Positions 41,518 to 50,871 of a stretch of DNA of 64,000 nt are shown in pieces (the stretch's first letter is position 1; every line of letters begins with the position of its first letter). Under the pieces are notes generated by a model that saw nothing but the letters and a program-made list of their open reading frames with translations, had not been told where the DNA came from and searched no databases. The stretch covers positions 1,787,624 to 1,851,623 of the forward strand of contig BDGG01000009.1 in assembly GCA_001949185.1 (NCBI GenBank), in the 5' to 3' direction. The position numbers were made by a program, and so were the translations under genes. This stretch comes from Ramazzottius varieornatus. Lineage: Eukaryota > Animalia > Tardigrada.

Positions 41518-41647
41518 CATCTGGCGCACACTTTCAGCCAAAAACACCGGAGCAGGCGCCACTTGGGACAACAGTTAATGTCATTAAGTCTGCTCGTCAT
41601 AATGGCGCAGACTTTCAGCAAATAACAGTGAAAATGTGCGCCACGTA
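41518..41647. repeat. Intronic palindrome tandem dimer (hAT transposase intron)
   Basis: Cores 41518-41565 (N24) and 41599-41647 (N25). Confidence 0.85.
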
Positions 41648-43250
41648 ACGAATAGTCTTGCAAATTTGTTTGCAGCCGTGCTAATTCCGATTCACCTGTA
41701 GAGAGAGATATCTTGGTGGCACGACAAAGCACTGCCTTCATGTTACCAAGCTTCTGTTCATAGACCTTATCCATTTCCGTATTCAGGGCTTTCCTTCCAA
41801 AAGCAGGGGAACGAGGATCATGCTTCACGAAAGCACGTTGGGTAGCCGGATTCGCGCATAAGGATGGAGTCGCCGTTGTCCGTAAAACCTACAAGGCCCG
41901 TTCGCGCAGGATCGTTCGATATCTACAGTCAGAAAGCACAACTAATTAGCCTGGAGTAGATCGACGGAGGGAGCAGAAAGAAACAGCAACAAGCAACAGC
42001 AAAGGCCGACTTAACTCAAACTTCCCTGCTCGTACGGGTTTGATGGTTCAAATTTCAGCTTGGACTGGATCATGGCAATGCCTGTGGCTGGCTTGTCCTG
42101 CTTCTTCTTCTTGAGGTCTTTACGAAGCTCTTCCTGCTCTTCATACTTGGCAAATGCGTCGGGGTGACGGTTCTTCAGATGGGACACAGCGTTTCCGATG
42201 TTGCCAGCAGGCTTCGCTTCATGGTTACAGGATTCACACGTTGACGTACCCGTCTCAGCATCCTCAGTATAGTACTGCCATACTGCAGAAGCTTTCTTTT
42301 GACCATCAGGTAGTTTGCGCTTTTGGGAAAATCGACTGGAAGACGATGTCGAAGGCGGTCGAGACGACTCATCTTCGGAGTCAACCGTCGTCGGTTTCCG
42401 CAATGACGATTACTGGTGGGCTTGCTGCTATTGCAGCTGCTACAGGAACTTTCCCTCTTTCCGGTGGTAGCTTCTTCTTTGCGCCTTTTATAGGCTTTGT
42501 CCGCCACGGTGGTCTCATGACTCTCTGACAATCTAGCAGTTCTTTGCAAATAAGAGGAGGACAGACAAACAATTTGTCGAAGGCAGTAGGCCAGTAGCAA
42601 CACCTGTAGTACAGCTTGCATCCTGCAACCTACACTCTCTAATATGGCCGGTTAAAGTGTCGCACCGTATGCAGCTGCATGATATTCTACGGTATTCATT
42701 CGCAATTTCGCAGTACGGCGGTAGCCCTACTGTGCCGCTGTAGAGGCATCGGTATGGTGTGGCGCATTTTATAGGGCGTGGTCGCACATTAGGCAACCAG
42801 CGCACAGGCAGTTTTTTGAACCAGCGGTGCCGTTAACCGGATAGTAAAATATATTTTACTACAGATGATGAACAGCTTAATAATAATAAAATATCGCACT
42901 TCTACTTTCAAGCTACTAAAATATTAATATCGGGTTCCGGAGCCTAAACCTGTTTACTAAATGTTACTAAATATAGTAGATGCTCAAACCATCTACTATC
43001 ATCTACTTTAAGATAATATTACTATATTAGAACATCACTACTCCCGGGGCCGTTTTCTTCCCAAGGGTAGGTCTGTTTTAGTTCGATTGATTTGATTGCG
43101 TCATTCCCGTTTCCATGTTCTGATAAGTTTAATAATATTTTAATTTTAATAATTGAAATTCGTCAGCGATTTTACTTACAGTCAGCTGATCACGTAGACT
43201 TAACATCAGCACGTAACTTTTAATAATTTTAATTGCATAGTAAAATAACA

Positions 43251-43781
43251 CTGGTTTCATGTACCGGTGGATGGTACTTTTAGCCTCCTGGCCAACCCAT
43301 CCAACATTTTTTATGGATTCTTCTACGGCCATAGTTCCTAGTTCGCGAGGCGGGTCAACTTGGCCGTTTTAGAAAGTCAAGATCAGCTCTTGATCATCCC
43401 GCTACGGGGGAAGATCAACCGGTAGGATCTCTGATCCTCAGTACGTACGATCCTCCACACAGCCGTAGGCGTGAATCCGTCCCGGGTAGTGAGCACGCAC
43501 CAGACCAGCCAATCAACGGTCAGCTGTTAATCAGTCGAACAGATCTGCGCCATGAGTACATANNNNNNNNNNNNNNNNNNNNNNNNNNNNNNNNNNNNNN
43601 NNNNNNNNNNNNGGTTGATCTTCCCCCGTAGCGGGATGATCAAGAGCTGATCTTGACTTTCTAAAACGGCCAAGTTGACCCGCCGCGCGAACTAGGAACT
43701 ATGGCTGTAAAAGAATCCATAAAAAATGTTGGATGGGTTGGCCAGGAGGCTAAAAGTACCACCCATCGGTAGATGAAACAG
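43251..43781. mobile_element. Long-inverted-repeat (foldback/MITE-like) element spanning an assembly gap
   Basis: 43251-43420 is a near-identical reverse complement of 43613-43781; 50 Ns at 43563-43612 lie between the arms. Confidence 0.7.
43563..43612. other. Assembly gap (50 N)
   Basis: Run of N characters. Confidence 1.
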
Positions 43782-43964
43782 AATTTAATCAGCAATCACC
43801 CATGGTCCCACTCCCATACGATTAACTCACAAGTTAGTGTCTTGACTGTCTTCTGGAATCCATCGCCAATCTGCCATCTCCGAATCGTGCGGTGACCCTG
43901 ATCCACCGGTACCGATTGTCCTGTGTGTTTTCGCCTTGTCTCTAGAAGCTGTGGTGAGCGAGAC

Positions 43965-44498
43965 ATGGCCTTCCACGACGAAATTGAGATTGAGGATTTC
44001 GAGTACGACGATGAAACGGAGACATATACGTGAGTTAGATATCTTCCTTTTTTGGTTAGATAGTGGCGAGTAGGCACGTCATTGTTGATCACAACTTAGT
44101 TGTTGCTGCTTTCTATAGGTACCCCTGTCCTTGCGGAGATCTGTTCACAGTCACGAAGGTAGCGCCAGATAGCCACTGTTCTGTCCGGTGATCTGTTATG
44201 CAGAGCAGAGATGATGTCATTTGTAAACAGTCAGCACTAGACACTCACAAGGATGCATGATATATCTTCATTTACTTTTGTCCTTGCAGACCGAACTGAT
44301 AGCCGGAGAGGAGATTGCAAGGTGTCCGAGCTGTTCGCTCATTATCAAAGTTATTTACAACTTGGCAAGCACAACGCACTTCCGGTACGTTCATGAACAT
44401 GAAACGCTAATTCAGTATTCCTCTCTGTTTTGCAGGAGGACTTCCGGAAGACGCAGGTTGGACTAGCTGAAGCGTCCGGACAGAGGGTGGCAGTTTAA
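43965..44498 (+). CDS. DPH3: Diphthamide biosynthesis protein 3 (CSL zinc finger), 4 exons
   Basis: MAFHDEIEIEDFEYDDETETYT|YPCPCGDLF..|..ARCPSCSLIIKVIY. Confidence 0.92.
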
Positions 44499-44820
44499 GT
44501 CGACGAGAGGCCACAAAGATGTTCAAGTGCATAAGACATTCTCTTGGCGTTACTGTCATGGTTTCTGAAAGGACTTTGATACCAGAGTTTCAACCTCCTA
44601 GCCGCTCTAGCTGTATTGTTACGTTGCCCTAATCAAGACAACGGCATTTCGAACAGACTGTGCGAAGCGACATCGTCTACTCCCAGCGAGCTTGCGTTCG
44701 CTCGAGCCTCACCTCGGAAATTGTCAGGTTAACGGTAAAACACGAAAGTGACAGACAGGGTTCAAACTTTTAAAGAATCTGTAGAATAAAAAATAAAAGA
44801 GCAGAGGGGATTTCTGCATT

Positions 44821-46691
44821 TCATTTGATCACAACGACGAACGGTTTCCACGGATCTTCAACTGCCTGAGACTTTTCCAGCGCTTTCTTCAATCGCGCCA
44901 CGTCGATTGACGGATTCCTTACTGGCAAAGGCGGGCAGTTGCATTCCGCACGAAGCCGAATAGCCTAGGAAGCAAATATTGGACAAAGTGGAAAACTTAC
45001 AGTGACATTAGAGAATGAGTCCTTGATGACATACCTCTGGAACTTCCACCTCCAGCTGCTTTGCGCGTGACTCGTGGGTCGGGTGAGTACTGAGAAACTC
45101 GGGGACTTGAGCGGATATGTCGCCCTCGTACTGGCTGACAATGTTCATTCGCTCCCAGAAAGCAGTGCTTTCTCGAACATCGAAGCATGCCTTGGCCGAC
45201 AGCCGAAGGCCGACACTATCGGCCTCCCCTTCCAGAAGGCGGCTGTATGGCAAGTTGAGCATTAACTGCAAAGACGCTTTATGAACACAGAGACGTTAAC
45301 GATGCAGCACAAATACATTTTTCTCTTACCTCGACAATCTTGTTTATAACGTAGGTGGTAAAGCCCGATAAAACATCGGAAGGTAATACGGCCCATAGCG
45401 CACTCATCACCTAAAGACACTTTGTCAGAGGAGCGCGCCGCACATTATTCGAGAAAGAACTTACTATGATGACAAGGTAGTCGATGAAGTAGGTTAGGCT
45501 CACTTGCTCTGACTACAAAGAGTAAGGGATGAAGTAGAGACTGGGATGTACTGATATAACATGTCTATTAGGCATCAGTATTTTACCCCGTGACCCAAGA
45601 TCGTATGGGCCATTTCGTGGCCAAGAACGATGCCAAGCTGGTCATCGTTAGCGATCATCTCTAGCATACCCAGGAAGACAAAAATATGACCTGTCTGCCA
45701 GAAAGCGATAATCGTTAGACTTGGGCAAGTGACGAGGAGCCAAAGGCCGGAAACGGACAAACTTACAGGTAGGACAAATGCATTCTTCTGTTTGTCACCG
45801 ACGACTGTCACTGCCCAGTCTTGATCCTTGATTATAGCTATGTCCTGGTTTGCGTGGATCAAGCGTCTGGCTAAAGAGCATCAAACGATGCATAAAATAT
45901 CTGCAGTAAGGTATATGTAAAGGCTTGGCCTTACCGACACGGTTCACTTGGACGTATGCAGGGTGCATTGAAGGTAGCAGCTGATCTTTCATGGCTTCGA
46001 ATAACTGCAAACAACAGCTATTGCAACTACGGTGACTGGGACAAATTTAGGGAAACCTACCATGTCTCGTTGTTGGTTTGAAATTTCTTTAAACTGTTGT
46101 TGGCTGAAAACGACAAAGCGCTTTCGTTTTGTGAAGGGCGTTTCCTCTAGGTGCATCTCGTAGTACAGAAGACAGAAAAGCGCCACCGCAGCTGCGGCAT
46201 CTGCAACACAGTTAACCATCAGACCAGTCTTTCTGGACGAAACATGCTCAGTCTAACACGAAGATTAACAGGTCTGGCTAGATGAACTTGTCAGGGCGGG
46301 AGAGCTGGCAGAACTCACATAGTAATTTCCGGTTATGCGTCCTGAAGAGCTGCTTCCGTTCGTGTGCTGGAACAGCCGCCCATCTTTGCCTCAAAAACCT
46401 AAGGCCATAAACCTTACGTCTATTTCGTACTTTGATATACTGAGAGCCGAGGAGAAGATAACGGAAAGCTGGGACGTACCTTCCTACTACGACGGCAGCA
46501 GGCTTGCCAACAAGGCGTATCGCAGCTGCAATGAGAGGAGGAAATGCCCACTGCACGCGCTGACTCGTTCGCAATCCGCGACGGCTCGAAAGGTGCAATG
46601 AAGTCCATCCCAAGGCTGACGTTGGGGTGGTGACAATACCACAGCGAGGAAGAAGATGAATCCTCCCGCAGAACGTACTGCATGACTTCAC
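44821..46691 (-). CDS. OMA1: Mitochondrial metalloendopeptidase OMA1 (M48), multi-exon, start uncertain
   Basis: HLEETPFTKRKRF, NAFVLP|TGHIFVF, LGHEMAH zinc motif, LPYSRLLEGEAD, FLSTHP, C-terminal CNCPPLP. Confidence 0.88.
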
Positions 46692-47302
46692 CTTGAATGC
46701 TTTTGTCGTCCTGCAGCAACAAGAATGGACGTGTTATTGTGCGAACTTTGTACTGTCCTGAGGACTCATGTCCCTCAATCCTTTACCTATACGTCATGAC
46801 GCCAGCCGCCTGCTGCGATGGCTTGGGCAAGGTAGAAGGTCTTGGAGAACCATTAACTTCACTTACCACAGATACTTTACGGAGCTAGTGGGCCATCTTC
46901 CAGACGATTTAATCGCGACAATCAGGCAGCGCAACGGATCCATCCTCACTCTTTCGCAGAAGCATCGGTGGGAAAGGATGAACAAGCACCGTCGCCTACA
47001 ATCTCGGACATGTAGATCATCAGTATGAACGTGGTCGTGGTCTTCTCCAGAGTAACAAGAACGAAGGATCAACAACTTACTTAATTAGGGAAAAAAGCAG
47101 ACAAAATAAGATGATTCAATTTGACACGCTTAGCCGACACTGCATAGATCGTGCTTTCAGGGCCGACAACGAAACTGCGATTGGCAAGAAAACCATCTCG
47201 GTCACGCCCCTCCATACGAATGAAATCTGGAAAATCATTCAGTGCCATTTCCGTCTGCTCCTTAGCTGACCTTAATGTCGTTGCTGCTCTTGTGGATCAA
47301 CG

Positions 47303-48644
47303 ATGGAAGCCAAACTAGAGCCAGTGGCCAAGAAGGTGAAGCAGGAGGACTGGTGTGAAGACGGAGCGGGACATGCCCAGTCGGGAGAGAATGTCGATCC
47401 AGGCCAACCAGCTACTGACCGCTTTCGCGCTACCAACTTGTATGATCGCCAGATCCGCCTGTGGGGATGGGATGCTCAGCAGCGGCTGATGAAGAGTAAA
47501 TTGTTGATGTACGGACTAGACGGAGTCGGCGCCGAGGTGTTGAAGAATCTGATGCTGGGTGGAATCAGGCAGATCACGATTATGGATTGGCAAATAGCAG
47601 CCGAGTCGGATCTCACGACCAACTTCTTCCTTCGACGTCAGGATGTCGGACAACTGAACCGCGCCACAGCCACGGCAGAACGGGCCAAATCTCTCAACAT
47701 CACCTGCGCTCTCACCGCCATGGAAGCTCAAACGTCCGACGTTACCGTCGACCTGGTGAAAGACTATGATCTGGTCGTACTGAACGGCGTTTCCCACCAA
47801 GAAGCTGTCCGCATCGGAAATGCCTGTCGCATCCTCGGCATCCCTATCTTCCTTTCACAGATTTGCGGCTTCCATGCCTTCTTCGCCAATGATCTCAACG
47901 GGCTAAAGTTCGAAATACCTCCTTTGAAGTCCTTCCAGCCAGGTATGCGTTCCGTAGTGCGGCAGTATGGCACGTTAGTCGGCCATCCCCATATTTTGCC
48001 CTTAGTTCCATCATTTCCTTGGGGTGGCCGACTTGTTCGCGATGGCCCAGTAGTCAATAAGTTAAATCCTGTTGATCAACAGACTTCTTTCTTCTGTTGC
48101 AGGGAATACGGCAAAGACGCAAAGCAGCAGGGCCAGTCTTCCTTCGACTAGCAGTGGGAAGAGGGACAACAAGGAGCTGAAACTGATGGGGAGCAGTCAA
48201 GGAGAAAGCTGCGAAATACAAGAATTGACTATAAGCAGTCCCGATCTGTCCGTCGTTCTGGACGTGAAAGCCGTCAGACGGTCCGGACTGGCATCGCCCG
48301 TTCCCCGACGCGGCTATGGGCTGAAAAAGATGGATCCGTACCTGAACCTGGAACTCATCTTGACATTCGCTGGCCGTAAAGGGAGGTACCCCACTTATGG
48401 TCACTCGGAGGATGACTTTAAGGATCTGAAGCATGTTTTGGCTGAGATACGGCCCGAAGGTGACAGCCGGGTCGTCGAGCCGGAGGAAATGGTAACAGCC
48501 GAGGCCAACTTCACTTGTGCCATTCTAGGAGGTACGTTAGCCCAGGAAGTCATCACGGTTCTGACACGTCGTAACTACCCCATCTACAACTTGTACTACT
48601 TGGCGGCAAACGACGCCTGTGGAAGTCGAGAATACGTTGAATGA
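47303..48644 (+). CDS. SAE1: SUMO-activating enzyme subunit 1 (Aos1), 2 exons
   Basis: LYDRQIRLWGWDAQQRL..GVGAEVLKNLMLGGI; C-terminal CAILGGTLAQEVI..PIYN; intron ~47943-48102. Confidence 0.85.
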
Positions 48645-49025
48645 GCCCAACGGACAGCAGTCACCCGACATTTCCATGCACTTTCCTTTCCATGTAATCT
48701 ACACAGTACTTTTTTTCCCACCGGGAGAAGTGTTACTTGACAGAGCTCCAACCACTGCTTTTTCTAGTATTTTTCAACAGAGTAACATCAGCCATTTTCT
48801 AGCTGCTGCGTAAATTCTTGATGTTACTCATGTTGCAGATAAACGAAATGAAAGACCAGAAAAAAACTAGGTACAGTATAAACTTGTCGTATTGTACTGA
48901 TCAACTGTCTCAGGTAACCTGTAGTAGAAAGCGAAACAGTGCGTTGGGTTCTGTCTCGACGATTTAGGCAACGAAAGTGCCTCGGCTTGGCTAAAAGATC
49001 ATGTAAAGTTTGTAAGAGGAGAAGA

Positions 49026-50443
49026 TTAGGAGGCAATGGTGCTCTCGTACCACTGGGGATGGCGTGTGGCGATAGCTTCGACGGCACGATTGACTTGAGC
49101 GCAGATACTTTCCAGCTTCTTGTCCCAAATGTTTAGCGCATGTTCTTGGTCAAAAGTGACAGAGTTGGTAATGTGGTTGATGCGCACCTTCAGACGATCT
49201 TCAGCCACCATGTGGACAATGATCTTTTCCACTTTGTCGACGGGGATGTCCAACAGACGAGACAGTGCTTGGAAGCTGGCCACTCGGAAGTACTTCTTGG
49301 TGGACAGGATGTTGTGCTCCAGAACGTTGCGTTCCAGCAGAGAAGTCCCATCGGCTGTCAGAGCCTCTCGCTGGTGAGGCTGAAGGTTCTGGGCAAAGAG
49401 ATCAATCTCTGCTCGTTTGATGGTCTTACCATCCAGGACCTTGCGAAGGAAACCGTACTGGGCAAGTGTGAAGGTTCGTTCGTCCTTGAGAAGGACAGCC
49501 AAGAAGCGGGAGCGTTGCGGTGTGGAAGGAGCCAGAAGCACACAGTTGACGGCGCTCTTCAAGGCTTGCGTACGCTCGCTTTCCGCCACCAGTTTCTCAC
49601 TTGAAAGACGATGATATCTCTGCAACGGCAAATTCCTGTCTATTAACCAGCATTTCTGACGAGCCTATAATCCTTACAGAAGACAATTGAAACTCGTAGG
49701 CAAACAAACTCGGACAGATTGCTTTTCCAAGTGGCGGACGCTTCCAGCCGTAACACCGAAGAGGTGCGCCACTTGGGCCAACAATCTGTCTGGTTTGTTT
49801 TGCCATCTGCCAATGTTGTTACCTGCGCTGCTTCGATGTACTTTCGGCGGTAGTCCTGGATGCGAGCAAAAGCCGCCGAGTGCTGAATACGAAACTCTTC
49901 GGGAGTGGCTTCGTCAATGAGCATACCCACTCGCTGAATGTAGTTTTCCGCTTCGACATATTCTTCGGCCGTCAGGTACAACCGACCAATCTTCATATTG
50001 ATTTCCTGCTTCGTATCTTTGCCATACTGCTTCTGCCCGCTGTCCAGGGGAATCTGCGACAGAACCTTAGCTGCAGCCACCCATTCTTGATCATTCTCCA
50101 GTTCCTCTGCTAGGCGCATACGAAGGACGTAGGTCTGCTCCTCGAAGGAGATGCGGTTCTGAATCTTGTCCAGTGCATAGCTGATCATCTGCTTCTGCAC
50201 ACTGGGAGACATGCTTAAGACGGCAGTGACAAACTCGGAGCAGTACTGACGGGCAGCCACGATGTTGAAATTCTCCCGCAGAATGACTTCCAGGTAGGCA
50301 CGCAGGCATTCTAGCTGCTGCTCTTCAGGCAACTGCCGACACATATCCATCAAGACTTTACCTTGCTCGCCGGATTCCCGAAATGTCCCTTGTCCTCCCG
50401 ACACCAGCGCCAGATACTCTTTGAAGGTATTCACTTCATCCAT
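49026..50443 (-). CDS. COPS4: COP9 signalosome subunit 4, 2 exons
   Basis: RISFEEQ, IPLDSGQKQY, ARIQDYRRKYIEAAQ|RYHRLS, DGTSLLERNVLEHNILS PCI domain; intron 49620-49822. Confidence 0.93.
49728..49775. repeat. Intronic palindrome core (COPS4)
   Basis: CAAGTGGCGGAC-N24-GTGCGCCACTTG; arms GGCAAACAAACTCGGACAGATT..AATCTGTCTGGTTTGTTTTGCC (49699-49804). Confidence 0.92.
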
Positions 50444-50871
50444 GTTAGCTGCCGCGGAGGACGCGGGTAGTCCACAGAAGCCTCAGGTACTACAACAACA
50501 CGGAGGTATGAAACCAGTCCACGAGTGCTTAAGCACATGAAATTATCGGGAGGGGAGCCAGCTTTCAGAGGGCACAAGTTGCAGCAATTGGCACCGGAAG
50601 CTCGGAACTAACTTGTAAGAGACGTCGATCGTATTTCCATTCTGTTCATCGCACGGATGGGCGGACTTCAGACCTGCGCACCTTACTTGGGTGGTCTGTA
50701 TTTGGCAGTGAGCTGGTGCGCTCGTCCGATATCGCAATGTACCGGGTGTAACCAAAGCAGAGCGAATTAGCGTTCCGCAGACCGCACTGTTTCGGTTTTC
50801 CTTTACTCCTAATCGTGATCTCGTTCATAATTGTCGTTTGCTACTGACCCAACTCCTTGGAGAGCTCAGCC

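Larger units (their letters stand above)
39324..42518 (-). pseudogene. hAT transposase pseudogene (BED zinc finger, DDE, dimerisation domain; intron-containing)
   Basis: BED finger SAVWQYY..TCESC..HLKNRHP, D|IWT, VVTDSGSSM, ADVSTRWNS, FPLLSRLALDILAIPAASSAPERVFS. In-frame TAG at 41229-41231 (EIPS*KISAVVTD), probable frameshift near 42385 and possible stop near 41890. Confidence 0.85.
39110..43040 (-). mobile_element. Full-length hAT DNA transposon (3931 bp)
   Basis: Perfect 17-bp TIRs TAGTGATGTTCTAATAT (39110-39126) / ATATTAGAACATCACTA (43024-43040); 8-bp TSD CTCCCGGG at 39102-39109 and 43041-43048; AT-rich subterminal TAATA/TACTA motifs. Confidence 0.95.

Noticed and set aside
42759-42790. 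GTGGCGCAT / GTGGTCGCAC in the hAT 5' region as an extra-intronic palindrome copy
   Set aside because: Same-orientation partial matches with no inverted partner at 25 nt and no arms.
49620-49822. Introner model in which the element itself creates the whole intron
   Set aside because: The element does not reach the splice sites. In COPS4 it lies ~18 nt from the donor and ~79 nt from the acceptor; distances vary among introns and intron ends are unrelated to each other.
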